Shown here in pieces: positions 53,935-63,353 of a DNA stretch of 64,000 bases (within the stretch, counting starts at the first letter, position 1; each line of letters opens with the position of its first letter). The stretch is from the sequence record MZ574431.2; one strand, written 5' to 3'. Position numbers and translations under genes: made by a program. The notes under the pieces were generated by a model that saw only the letters and a list, made by a program, of their open reading frames with translations, was not told where the DNA came from and did no database searches.

Positions 53935-53960
53935 CTTGACATGCGTCGTTAACCATGTCA
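53935..53960 (+). promoter_or_regulatory. late-type promoter
   Basis: CTTGACATGCGTCGTTAACCATGTCA, 24/26 identical to 34104-34129. Confidence 0.75.
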
Positions 53961-54041
53961 TCAAGGACGCCTCTTCTCGCACGCCTTTGTGGCGTTGCGT
54001 CGGCCCGTTGGTGGCCCACCCTCCTCCACATTGAGAGCCCC

Positions 54042-54461
54042 ATGACGATCCCTTACGTTACCGTCTACACGCCGGACGGCGATGCCGAGACCCACAGCCG
54101 CCTGAACGCCGTCGATCTGGTCCGCAACAACGGCTATACCTACAAGCCCGGCCGCGCCTACACCCCGGTCGAGTCCGCGCCCTACGCCCAGCACGCCGCC
54201 CCCAACACGCCCGAGCCGGCTCATGCCGTCCTGGCCTCGGTCGGCAGCGGTTCGGCCATCGGCGCGATGGACGCCGCCCCCGTCGCGTTCAACGCCCCGG
54301 CCGCCGCTGTCGCCACCCCGGCTCCGACCGAAATCTTCGACGCCGGCAAGGAAGCCGAAGCGCCGGTGATCGCCACCGAGAGCAAGCCGGCCGTGCGCCG
54401 TGGCCGTCCCTCGAAGGCCCAACTGGAAGCTGAAGCCGCCGCCGCCGCTGGCGACGAATAA
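54042..54461 (+). CDS. Ala/Pro-rich hypothetical protein
   Basis: GAGAG SD; ends RRGRPSKAQLEAEAAAAAGDE. Confidence 0.75.
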   Translation: MTIPYVTVYTPDGDAETHSRLNAVDLVRNNGYTYKPGRAYTPVESAPYAQHAAPNTPEPAHAVLASVGSGSAIGAMDAAPVAFNAPAAAVATPAPTEIFDAGKEAEAPVIATESKPAVRRGRPSKAQLEAEAAAAAGDE

Positions 54462-54512
54462 TCCCTGGGCCTTGGCCGGAAGAGTACCCGGCTAGGCCGC
54501 GTTCCCAAGATC

Positions 54513-54540
54513 AAAGCCCGCCGACTACTCGGCGGGCTTT
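54513..54540 (+). terminator. intrinsic terminator
   Basis: AAAGCCCGCCGA/TCGGCGGGCTTT. Confidence 0.8.
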
Positions 54541-54566
54541 GTCGTATCTCAGCAGGACAACCTTAA

Positions 54567-54857
54567 ATGGACACTCGCATCCTTCTGCTCGGCCCGACCG
54601 ACAAGCAGACCCTGGTCGAAGGCGCGGCCAATACCTTCGAGGCCCAGCGCCCCTATTCGTCGGTGGTCATCCACAGCGATCGCAACCTCTATGTGCGCAC
54701 CGGCGGCGGCGACGCCACCCCCGCTGATTTCTACTGGCTCAAGGACGCCTACCTGACCCTGGCGTCCGACGAGGGCATGGAAATCTCCGTGCTGGTGGCG
54801 GCCGACCAGGACAGCGGCGGCGTGGTGCGTTTCACTCAGGCAGGCGTGGCGGGCTAA
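54567..54857 (+). CDS. putative virion protein
   Basis: AGGA SD; beta-rich 96 aa. Confidence 0.7.
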   Translation: MDTRILLLGPTDKQTLVEGAANTFEAQRPYSSVVIHSDRNLYVRTGGGDATPADFYWLKDAYLTLASDEGMEISVLVAADQDSGGVVRFTQAGVAG

Positions 54858-54864
54858 CCCACGG

Positions 54865-55260
54865 ATGCCATCGCTTTCCTACCCGGTCCACGCCAAGCTT
54901 TTCAACTGGATGAAGGGCGCAAGCTTCGGCGCTGCGCCCACCTCGCTCAAGGTCGGTCTTCTGACCGCTCCGCCCAATCCCGACGGCACCGGCATCGTTG
55001 AACCCGTCGGTGGCGGTTATGCCCGCCAGACCCTCGTCCTGGGCGCGATCGCCGTCGCCGACGGCATTTCCACCGCCAAGAACGACAACGCCGTGATCTT
55101 CGGCGCCGCCACCGTGCAGTGGCCGGCGGTCACCCACCTGGGTGTCTTCGGCAGTGACGGCACGCTCCTCTTCTATGGCCCCCTGGCGGCCTCGCGCGTC
55201 TGCACGGTCGGCGACAGCATCGCCTTTGGCATCGGGGCGATCCAACTGCGTCTGCGGTGA
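54865..55260 (+). CDS. putative virion structural protein, paralog of 57701
   Basis: PNPDGTG..EP..GYARQ..QW.AVT..G.F motifs. Confidence 0.75.
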   Translation: MPSLSYPVHAKLFNWMKGASFGAAPTSLKVGLLTAPPNPDGTGIVEPVGGGYARQTLVLGAIAVADGISTAKNDNAVIFGAATVQWPAVTHLGVFGSDGTLLFYGPLAASRVCTVGDSIAFGIGAIQLRLR

Positions 55261-55736
55261 CGGTCCTTTCCGTCAAATACACCGGCAACGGTGGCGCCAT
55301 ACCGGACCAGCCCCTGGCGCGTCCGGTATTGCTGCTTCAGGTCTCTGCCGACCTGATCATGGACACCACCGGCTGGGCCGGCACGTCCTGGACCCTCGAC
55401 AGCGGCGCTGTGCTGTTTTCGGATACCTCCGGGTCGGTCTGGGAACGCGCCGCTTACGGTGGCTGGGCCAGCCTCTACGCGGGCCTGCAACCCAACGACG
55501 CCTTCTGCGACGACGTCATCGCCGTCATTGATGATCCGGCCAGCGCCGTCGTCTTCGAGGTAGGCGCGATCGACGAATCGATCGAGCCGATCCTTGATCT
55601 CCCCAAGCTCCTGGCCATCACCGAGGCCCAGGTCGCAGAACTCGAAGCCGCGTTCCAACGCGCCGGCATCGATCCCGACACCCCTGACGTCCCCGACGAC
55701 GTCGACTTCGTCCTTATCTTCAACGCCGGTCTCTAG
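55257..55736 (+). CDS. putative virion protein
   Basis: GTGA overlap; ends DVDFVLIFNAGL. Confidence 0.7.
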   Translation: MTVLSVKYTGNGGAIPDQPLARPVLLLQVSADLIMDTTGWAGTSWTLDSGAVLFSDTSGSVWERAAYGGWASLYAGLQPNDAFCDDVIAVIDDPASAVVFEVGAIDESIEPILDLPKLLAITEAQVAELEAAFQRAGIDPDTPDVPDDVDFVLIFNAGL

Positions 55737-55742
55737 GAACCC

Positions 55743-56249
55743 ATGGCAACTCTCGTCACACGCATTTCCGATCTCGCCAGCCGCATCTCGGCCGAGATCA
55801 AAGCCCTTCGCACCCTGGTCAACGGCAACGCCGCCGATCTCTCGGCTCTGACGACCACCGACAAGTCCAGCCTTGTCGCCGCCCTCAACGAACTGCGCAC
55901 CTACACCGCCTCGGTCATCGACGACACCGCCACCTCGGCGGCGACGGCCAAGACGTGGTCGGCCAGCAAGATCACTGGCCAGATCAACGCCGCCGTCAGC
56001 GCCCTGGTCAATGGCTCGCCCGGCGCGCTCGACACGCTGAAGGAACTGGCCGACGCCCTGGGCAACGACCCCAACTTCGCCGCCACCCTGACCACGGCCC
56101 TGGGCAACCGCGTCCGTGTCGACGCGGCCCAGACCTTCACCGCCCCGCAGATGACCCAGGCGCGCGCCAACATCGACGCGGCCCAGGCCAGCGCCATCGG
56201 TGATCCCGACACCAACTTCGTCGCCGTCTTCAACACCGGCCTGACCTGA
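55743..56249 (+). CDS. fibre-like virion protein
   Basis: DKSSLVAALNEL, TWSASKI and ALDTLKELADALGNDPNFAAT motifs typical of phage fibre proteins. Confidence 0.75.
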   Translation: MATLVTRISDLASRISAEIKALRTLVNGNAADLSALTTTDKSSLVAALNELRTYTASVIDDTATSAATAKTWSASKITGQINAAVSALVNGSPGALDTLKELADALGNDPNFAATLTTALGNRVRVDAAQTFTAPQMTQARANIDAAQASAIGDPDTNFVAVFNTGLT

Positions 56250-56253
56250 TCCC

Positions 56254-56664
56254 ATGACCCTGGCGGCCCGGATTAGCGCCCTCGCCGGCGCGGTCCGCGA
56301 CAAGCTCAACACCATGACCCCGCGTCTCCTGCCTGCTGGTGGGAGCGTGGGTCAGGTGCTGACCAAGACCGCAGGGACCGACTACGCCGCTGGCTGGGCA
56401 GGCCCCGCGCCCGCCACGCCAGCGACGGTCACCGTGCCCTTCCCGCCCCGCTACGAGTGGGAAGAAGCCGTGGCCAACACCAGCCTCACCGGAGCCGAGG
56501 TTCTGGCGGTCTGGCTGGCGCCCACGACGTCGAGCGATGAGAACGAAAGCGACATGCTCGATCTCGTCACCCTGACGGCCCAGGCCAGCGCCGGCGTCGT
56601 CACCTTCAAGCTCTCCTTTTCCGAACCCACGAGCGGCCCCATCAAGCTGCTCTACAAATCCTGA
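56254..56664 (+). CDS. fibre-associated virion protein
   Basis: LPAGGSVGQVLTK...DYAAGW motif. Confidence 0.7.
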   Translation: MTLAARISALAGAVRDKLNTMTPRLLPAGGSVGQVLTKTAGTDYAAGWAGPAPATPATVTVPFPPRYEWEEAVANTSLTGAEVLAVWLAPTTSSDENESDMLDLVTLTAQASAGVVTFKLSFSEPTSGPIKLLYKS

Positions 56665-56667
56665 TCC

Positions 56668-57408
56668 ATGGCGCGCCTTTCCAAAGACCAGTCCGCTGGC
56701 ACCTTACATCCTCGCGAAAACTACGTCGCCAATGGCACGCTCGGCAGCGTCAACGCCGAGATCGTCCTGGAGACCCATGGCAACTCCATCGTCACCCTGG
56801 ACCTGCGCGGCACCTTCAACCTGACCGTCGAGCTTCAAGGCTCGGTGGACCTGATCAACTGGGTGGCCCTGCCTACCCTGCCGTTGATGGAAAACAGCGG
56901 TCTGTTGATGAACATCGCCGGCTCCACGCCCGGTAGCTGGATGGCGCGGTGCGCCGGCTTCCAGCGGCTGAAGGCCAAGGTGACGGGCTACACCTCGGGC
57001 GCGGCGACCGCGACCATGGTGGCGTCCACGGCCCCCTTCGGCCTGGGCGCGGAGCCCACGACCCCCAACATCGTCACCGCCACGGGCTCGGCCGGCGCGG
57101 CGGTCACCCTGACCCTGCCGACCGCCGCGCCCCTGACCCACCACATCACCTTCATCTCGATCACGCGCTTTGCCGCCATCGCGCTCACCGCCAACGGCGC
57201 GCCCTCGATCGTGACGACGACCAACCTTCCTGGCGGCTTGGCCTACAGCCTGCCGCGCGAGGCCGCCGCCCTGGGCACGGCGTTCAGCATGCGCGAGGAC
57301 TACTCCAACGCCTTGCGCGCCTCCGACGTTGGACCCACCACCATCGTCCTGCCGGCCACGACCGGTGTCATCTGGCGTGTCACGGTCGGCTACTACAACG
57401 CCCCCTGA
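56668..57408 (+). CDS. beta-rich putative virion protein
   Basis: Thr/Ala/Gly-rich 246 aa in structural block. Confidence 0.7.
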   Translation: MARLSKDQSAGTLHPRENYVANGTLGSVNAEIVLETHGNSIVTLDLRGTFNLTVELQGSVDLINWVALPTLPLMENSGLLMNIAGSTPGSWMARCAGFQRLKAKVTGYTSGAATATMVASTAPFGLGAEPTTPNIVTATGSAGAAVTLTLPTAAPLTHHITFISITRFAAIALTANGAPSIVTTTNLPGGLAYSLPREAAALGTAFSMREDYSNALRASDVGPTTIVLPATTGVIWRVTVGYYNAP

Positions 57409-57483
57409 TCGCCAGAGGCCTTCTAAACCGCTGCAAACCGTCGCCACCGAGGCCCTGGTCTCGGTGACGCGAACCCTTGCGCG

Positions 57484-57527
57484 GTGACGCAATCCTTGAC
57501 ACGCGGCACATCTTGTGGCACATGTCA
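57484..57527 (+). promoter_or_regulatory. late-type promoter
   Basis: GTGACGCAATCCTTGACA; downstream CATGTCAA forms an inverted repeat with TTGACA. Confidence 0.65.
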
Positions 57528-57562
57528 AGATCATTTTCCCCCAAAAATTTGGAGAGCGCTCC

Positions 57563-57679
57563 ATGCGTCGTCCCATCGTGCTTCGCGACGGTTTCAGCGG
57601 CCTGGGTGACGGGGGCGGCGGCTGCATCGGCGATGGCGGCAGCGAAGGCCTCACCGGGGACGGCGGCACCCAGATTTAA
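57563..57679 (+). CDS. 38-aa Gly/Asp-rich peptide
   Basis: GGAG SD; MRRPIVLRDGFSGLGDGGGGCIGDGGSEGLTGDGGTQI*. Confidence 0.5.
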   Translation: MRRPIVLRDGFSGLGDGGGGCIGDGGSEGLTGDGGTQI

Positions 57680-57700
57680 CCTTAACCAGCGGACCTCCTC

Positions 57701-58072
57701 GTGCCGAATTTCACCTACCTCATTCATGACGAACTGGTCGATCGCCTCGCGGGCGCCAAGGCCGGCGTCCTGACGGGTGCGCCAAACCCGGACGGCACGG
57801 GCGTGTTCGAGCCCAACGTCGCCGACGGCTACGCGCGACAGGACTTCGTGTTCAACGTCACCAAGTCCCAGGGCGTCACCACCATCTCCAACAGCCAGCC
57901 CCTCGTCTTCGGCCCGGCGCTGAACCAATGGCTGGCGGTCACCTATTTTGGCCTGTTCGACGGCGTGTCGGGCGACCTGCTGCTCTATGGCCGCCTGCGC
58001 TCCACGCGCGTGGCCAATGCCGGCGACTCCCTCTCGTTCCAGGTGGATGCGATCAACATCGGACTGCGCTAG
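57701..58072 (+). CDS. putative virion structural protein, paralog of 54865
   Basis: PNPDGTGVFEP..GYARQ..QWLAVTYFGLFD..AGDSLSF. Confidence 0.75.
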   Translation: MPNFTYLIHDELVDRLAGAKAGVLTGAPNPDGTGVFEPNVADGYARQDFVFNVTKSQGVTTISNSQPLVFGPALNQWLAVTYFGLFDGVSGDLLLYGRLRSTRVANAGDSLSFQVDAINIGLR

Positions 58073-58075
58073 TCC

Positions 58076-59959
58076 GTGGCCGTCGCGCAGCTTCAATCCA
58101 ATGCCAAGCTGGAAGTTGTGGTCGACGCCAATCTGGCCGTCTTCCTCGACAATCCGGCTGATGGCGACAGCGAACTGCGCTGCAACACCTTCGACATGTG
58201 GTTGGAGGTGGGCGAGGACATCAACATCCGCCACGCCCAGCCGCTGGTGTTTGGCACCCAGCCCGAGGACGAAGGTCCTACGGCCGGCGTCCTGGAAGCC
58301 TGCGATGTGGAGACCTTCTGCGGGCCTTGCGGCACGGGTGGGTCGACGGGTGGCGGCGGCGGCGAGTTCGACGGCACGGGCTTTGACATCGTCCTTGGTC
58401 CGGTCGCCCAGCAGGGCGATGGCTCCTGGGATGGCGCCGCGCCCCTGAACGACAGCACGCCGGTTTCAGAGGCCATCGACCGCCTCAACGAAATCCTCGG
58501 CCGGCTGGTGCCCAGCGCGCCGCCGGAATTCCCCAACGGGACCCTGTCGGTGTCCAACGCCAGTGGCGCCTCGCCAAGGCTGGCCTCGGGCGTCTCCGAC
58601 AACAGCGGCGATGCGCCCTACGCGCCCGGCGCGAGCGTCACGCGGATCACCGCCTCGGGCGTCTCGTGCTTCACGTTCAACGACGTGGGTCCGGGCAACA
58701 GCGGCGCCATCCAGGTGCTGGTCAACGGCGCGATCGCCGCGACCCGGACGCTGACGGGCGCCGACGAGGGCAACTACGCCGGCTTGGTCATCTCCGACCA
58801 GAAGGACTACCCGGTCGCCACGCCGGGCTTCTACAAGTCGCTGGACGCGACCGCCTCGGGCGTCGCCGCGCCTGTCGGCGTCAACAAGTTCCAGATGAAG
58901 CACACGGGCGCGGGCCAGACCAACACCGTCTACTTCGTCCGTGACGCCTTCACTGCCTCGCCGCAGGTGACCTCCCCGTCCCTGGCGCTCCAGGCTCTGG
59001 GCACGCCGGCCTACTCGTCCAGCGTGCCCCACTTCGGTACGGGCGGCCAGCTTCTGGTCGGCGCGTCGAGCAACAACTTCTCGGGTGAGACCTACTATGG
59101 TGGGTCTGACCCGTTCAGCGTTTCGGGCTCGGGCGGCATCATGTCCACCCAGAGCTTCGGCTACGGCGCCTTGGGTCTTTCGGTCCCGTTCGCCCGCAAC
59201 ACCACGGCCGCCGCCGCCCTGACCCCGCAGGTGGTCAACATCGACGGCTCGGTCCATGGCGTGGGGCAGGTGTCGGGCACGGCCCGCAACGTCAATGGCT
59301 CGGGCAGCGCGCTTCTGGCCTCGACCCTGATCCTGGTCAAGCGCGGGGGCGCCGGCGGCCGGATCGACGAGATGAACGTGCCGGTCTCGGGCCTGGGGTC
59401 GAGCCCCAATGGTCTTGCCGCCGTCCGCGTCGGCCTAGGCAATGGCGACACGCCCGGCGGCGCGGCGCAGGCCTGGGACAGCAGTGCTGGGCTGGACGCC
59501 TGGGAAGCGGCGGTCGTGGCCGGCGTCCTGGCCCACAACCAGACGGACTATTCCTCGGGCGTCTACCTGCCGCAAGGCCCCGACCTCTCGATCGGCCGCA
59601 GCGGCGCCCAGTACGTCACCTTCCTGTTCCAGCGCGCGCCGCTGTCGCAGTTCAAGATCGCGGTGACCGGCTCCTACGCCGGCTGCTGGACCAAGCTCCC
59701 CGGCGTGTCGGACGCGACGCCCAATGCGCCCAACGGGTGGTGGAACGGCTTCAAGGCCTACGACGGCGCAGGCGTGCCGGGTGAGGCGGGTGACCCAGAC
59801 GCCGGCTGCGCCACGGGCGCGGTCATGACCGGCGGCTCGGGCACCTTCACCATGACCTTCGGGACCCAGTCCTCCACCAACGCGGCCGGCAACACGATCC
59901 TGGTCCGCTTCAAGCTCAACCCAGGGCAGTCGATCACTGCCCTCTCCTTCACCGCCTAG
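58076..59959 (+). CDS. large virion structural protein (domain X + B)
   Basis: C-terminal ~500 aa strongly similar to 59968 protein. Confidence 0.8.
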   Translation: MAVAQLQSNAKLEVVVDANLAVFLDNPADGDSELRCNTFDMWLEVGEDINIRHAQPLVFGTQPEDEGPTAGVLEACDVETFCGPCGTGGSTGGGGGEFDGTGFDIVLGPVAQQGDGSWDGAAPLNDSTPVSEAIDRLNEILGRLVPSAPPEFPNGTLSVSNASGASPRLASGVSDNSGDAPYAPGASVTRITASGVSCFTFNDVGPGNSGAIQVLVNGAIAATRTLTGADEGNYAGLVISDQKDYPVATPGFYKSLDATASGVAAPVGVNKFQMKHTGAGQTNTVYFVRDAFTASPQVTSPSLALQALGTPAYSSSVPHFGTGGQLLVGASSNNFSGETYYGGSDPFSVSGSGGIMSTQSFGYGALGLSVPFARNTTAAAALTPQVVNIDGSVHGVGQVSGTARNVNGSGSALLASTLILVKRGGAGGRIDEMNVPVSGLGSSPNGLAAVRVGLGNGDTPGGAAQAWDSSAGLDAWEAAVVAGVLAHNQTDYSSGVYLPQGPDLSIGRSGAQYVTFLFQRAPLSQFKIAVTGSYAGCWTKLPGVSDATPNAPNGWWNGFKAYDGAGVPGEAGDPDAGCATGAVMTGGSGTFTMTFGTQSSTNAAGNTILVRFKLNPGQSITALSFTA

Positions 59960-59967
59960 GAACTCCA

Positions 59968-62148
59968 GTGGCCATCAGTGACAGCGAAAAGGTCGACTTC
60001 CTCTGGAAGAAGATCATCTACGGCGCCACCAAGACGGCGAGCGCGGCCAACAAGGCTGGCTCGAACGAAGCCATCCCCTCGCCGGTGGTGGCCTTCTCCG
60101 ACTACGTCTGGACGCAGTCCAATCTGATCCCGCTGAGCCCGCCGACCAATTCGACCCCGATCGTCGAGGTCTATACCGGCGTCCACCGCATCCAGATGAC
60201 CAACGACCCGACCTCGCCGGTCAATCAGTCCTGGCTGGCCACGGTCCTGCCGCCTGATCTGGCCAGCCGCGTCGGCGACTTCATCCCGCCCGCGTTCGGC
60301 ACCGGCTACGCCGTCAAGGTCTTCATCGGCGATCCGGCGACGGGTCCGGCCGCGCGTATCTTCCCCGAGACGACCAACGAAGAGTGGGTGTTCGACTACT
60401 CGGCGGGCGTGGTCACCTTCCCCAACAGCGTGCCGGCCGCCAAGACCGCCACCATCGGCTCGGGCACGGTGGCCGTGGGCACCCATGGCATCTTCGTCGA
60501 AGGCTACCAGTACATTGGCAAGACCGGCGGCGGCGCGGGCGAACTGGTCATCGAAAGCGGCTTTGACCTGCCGCTGGGCGAGACCGCCACGGCGGGCGAC
60601 GGCTCCTGGACGGACGGGGCCATCCCGTTCACCGACGACACCAAGGTCTCTGACGCCATCGACCAACTCAACGAGGTCCTGGGCCTGCTTGTCCCGGCCC
60701 AGCCGCCGGCCTTCCCCAACGCCGCCCTGAGCGTGGCCAACAGCACGGGTAGCAGCCCGCGACTGGCTGTGGGCGTGACCGACAACTCGACGACCTCGAC
60801 GATCACCGCCGGCTCGGCCGTCACACGCATCACCGCCGCAGGCGTCTCGTCCAACCTCTACAACGACGTCGGGCCGGGCAAGAACGGTAACGTCGCCCTC
60901 TTCGTCAACGGCGCGATCGTGGGCCAGCGCGCCCTGGTCGGCTCGGGCGACAACGGGACCTACAACGGTCTGGTCATCGCCGACCAGAAGGACTTCCCCG
61001 TCGCCACGCCGGGCTTCTGGAAGTCGGTCGACATCTCGGTCAACCTCGCCACCGTCCCCGACGGCGTCAACAGCTTCCAACTGGCCCACAGCGGCGCGGG
61101 CGCGACGGGCGTCGTCTACTTCGTCAAGGACAACATGACCGCCGTGCCGGCGCTGTCGACGACCTCGGTGGTCGAGGCCAGCCTGGGCACGGTCGCCTAT
61201 TCGTCCTCGATCCCGCACTACAACACCGGCGCGTCCCTGACCGTCCAGGCGTCGATGAACAACATCGCCGGCGAGACCTTCTATGGCGGCGCTGATCCCC
61301 TGACCCTCCAGGGCACCAACAGCATCGCCACGGCCCAGACCTACGACTACACCGCCCTGGGCATCACCACGCCGATCGCGCGCCAGACCACCACGCCGGT
61401 CATCCTCTCGCCCGTCACCATCCAGATCAACGGCGCCAACGTCCACGCCGCCGGCACGATCCAGGGCTACGGCAAGAACCCGGCCGGCCAGGGCGCGGCG
61501 GCCAACATGTCGCTGACCTCGATCCTGGTCAAGCGCGGTAGCGCCGGCGCCCGCATCGACGAGATGAGCGTCCCGGTCACGGGCCTGGGCTCCTCGCCCA
61601 ACGCCAACAACGCCGTGCGCGTCTCGGCGGGCTCGGGCGACACCCCGACCGGCTCGGCCACCGCCTGGAACAGCGCCAACGCCCTGGCTACCCATGAGGC
61701 GGCCGTGGTCGGCGGCGTGCTCAAGCACGACCAGACCAACTACACCACCGGCGTCCTGCCAGTCGGCCCGGACCTGTCGGTGGGACGCAGCGGCGCGCAG
61801 TACGCCACCTTCAGCTTCAACCGCTCGGCGCGCTCGGGCTTCAAGATCGTCATCGCCGGCAGCTACGCCGGCTGCTGGGTCAAGCTGCCGGGCGTTTCGA
61901 CGGCCCAGCCCAACGCGGCCGGCGGCTGGTGGAACGCCTTCCAGGCCTATGACGGCGCGGGCATCCCCGGCGAAGCGGGCGACCCCAACGCCGGCTGCGC
62001 CACCGGCGCGGTCATGAACGGCGGCTCGGGCACCTTCGCCATCACCTTCGGCACCGAGTCGTCCACCAACGCCACCGGCAACGAAATCATCGTCCGCCTC
62101 AAGCTGAACCCTGGCCAGTCGGTGACGGCGCTCAGCTTCACCAACTAG
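59968..62148 (+). CDS. large virion structural protein (domain A + B)
   Basis: AGGA SD; N-terminus shared with 62161, C-terminus with 58076. Confidence 0.85.
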   Translation: MAISDSEKVDFLWKKIIYGATKTASAANKAGSNEAIPSPVVAFSDYVWTQSNLIPLSPPTNSTPIVEVYTGVHRIQMTNDPTSPVNQSWLATVLPPDLASRVGDFIPPAFGTGYAVKVFIGDPATGPAARIFPETTNEEWVFDYSAGVVTFPNSVPAAKTATIGSGTVAVGTHGIFVEGYQYIGKTGGGAGELVIESGFDLPLGETATAGDGSWTDGAIPFTDDTKVSDAIDQLNEVLGLLVPAQPPAFPNAALSVANSTGSSPRLAVGVTDNSTTSTITAGSAVTRITAAGVSSNLYNDVGPGKNGNVALFVNGAIVGQRALVGSGDNGTYNGLVIADQKDFPVATPGFWKSVDISVNLATVPDGVNSFQLAHSGAGATGVVYFVKDNMTAVPALSTTSVVEASLGTVAYSSSIPHYNTGASLTVQASMNNIAGETFYGGADPLTLQGTNSIATAQTYDYTALGITTPIARQTTTPVILSPVTIQINGANVHAAGTIQGYGKNPAGQGAAANMSLTSILVKRGSAGARIDEMSVPVTGLGSSPNANNAVRVSAGSGDTPTGSATAWNSANALATHEAAVVGGVLKHDQTNYTTGVLPVGPDLSVGRSGAQYATFSFNRSARSGFKIVIAGSYAGCWVKLPGVSTAQPNAAGGWWNAFQAYDGAGIPGEAGDPNAGCATGAVMNGGSGTFAITFGTESSTNATGNEIIVRLKLNPGQSVTALSFTN

Positions 62149-62160
62149 GGGAGGGGATGA

Positions 62161-62853
62161 GTGACCATCACCATCGACCAGAAGGTCGACTTCCTCTGGA
62201 AGCGGTTGATCTACGGGGTCACCAAGACCGCGACGGCGGACGATAAGGCCGGCTCCAACGAGTCGATCCCTTCGCCGATCATCGTCTCGGCCAACGACGT
62301 CTGGTCCGATGTCGACCTGATCACCGCCAGCCCGCCCGTGGCGGACACTGCGGTGATCAAGCTGTGGACGGGCCTGACCCGTCTTCGGGCCTCCAGCGAT
62401 CCGACGGCTCAGCCGAACTTCACCTGGATCGCGACCAGCACCTTTGGCGATCTGGCCTCCCGCAAGGGCGAGTTCATCCCGCCCGGCTTCGGCTCTGGCT
62501 ACGCCGTCAAGGTCTACATCGGCGACCCGGCGACGGGACCCGCCGCCCGCATCTTCCCCGACACCACGGGCGAAGAGTGGGTCTTCGATTACGCCGCAGG
62601 TGTACTCAACTTCGCCGGCGCAGTGCCGGCCAATAAAACCGCCACGATCGGTAGTGGAACAGTCTCGGTAGCCAGTAATGGAATCTACTTCGAGGCCTAC
62701 CAGTACATCGGAGAAAAGGGCGGAGGCGGAGGCGTGGAACCCGAAGACTTGGGCACCATGGCTTACCAAGACTCCGACGACGTCAACATCACTGGTGGCA
62801 CTATCGCAAACGCCACTTTCATCAACGTCACCATCGATGGTGGCACTTTCTAA
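62161..62853 (+). CDS. virion structural protein (domain A + short tail)
   Basis: KVDFLWK..IYG.TKTA..KAGSNE.IPSP; tail LGTMAYQD..VNITGG..IDGGTF. Confidence 0.8.
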   Translation: MTITIDQKVDFLWKRLIYGVTKTATADDKAGSNESIPSPIIVSANDVWSDVDLITASPPVADTAVIKLWTGLTRLRASSDPTAQPNFTWIATSTFGDLASRKGEFIPPGFGSGYAVKVYIGDPATGPAARIFPDTTGEEWVFDYAAGVLNFAGAVPANKTATIGSGTVSVASNGIYFEAYQYIGEKGGGGGVEPEDLGTMAYQDSDDVNITGGTIANATFINVTIDGGTF

Positions 62854-62867
62854 GAGGAATTGCCGTC

Positions 62868-63284
62868 ATGGCCTCTCTCGTCTACAACTCGATGCTGGAT
62901 GATCTCGTCAAGGGCGCGATCAACTTCAACAGCGATACCTTCAAGGTTATGCTGGTGACTTCGGCCTACACGCCGAACAAGGACACCCACACCCGCAAGA
63001 ACCAAGTCACCAACGAAGTGACGGGCACCGGCTACACCGCCGGCGGTCAGGCCTCGGCCGTGACCATCACGCCCGACACCACCAACGACCGCGAAGACCT
63101 GTCGTTCGCCACGGTGACCTGGACCTCGGCCACGATCACCGCGCGCGCCGCCGTGATCTACAAGGACACCGGCACGGCGTCGACGAGCCCGCTGGTCGCC
63201 TATGTCGACTTTGGCTCGGACGTCTCGTCCACGAACGCCAACTTCGCCGTGTCGTTCTCCAGCCCGCTGCGCTTCCAGAACTAA
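62868..63284 (+). CDS. putative virion structural protein
   Basis: GAGGA SD; DTFKVML, EVTGTGYTAGG, ARAAVIY, YVDFG motifs. Confidence 0.8.
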   Translation: MASLVYNSMLDDLVKGAINFNSDTFKVMLVTSAYTPNKDTHTRKNQVTNEVTGTGYTAGGQASAVTITPDTTNDREDLSFATVTWTSATITARAAVIYKDTGTASTSPLVAYVDFGSDVSSTNANFAVSFSSPLRFQN

Positions 63285-63293
63285 GCGCGACCT

Positions 63294-63327
63294 GATGGCG
63301 ACGCCTTCGGGCGTCGCATCGGTTTTT
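63294..63327 (+). terminator. intrinsic terminator
   Basis: GCGACGCC-TTCG-GGCGTCGC then T5. Confidence 0.75.
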
Positions 63328-63353
63328 CTTCCGCCCTCAACCAGGATCGCCTA

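Noticed and set aside
59956-62769. 937-aa minus-strand ORF, and similar long antisense ORFs (39176..40507, 47657..48925, 34383..35558, 44502..45716, 10848..11843)
   Set aside because: Shadow frames opposite well-supported genes in high-GC DNA; no SD or recognisable motifs
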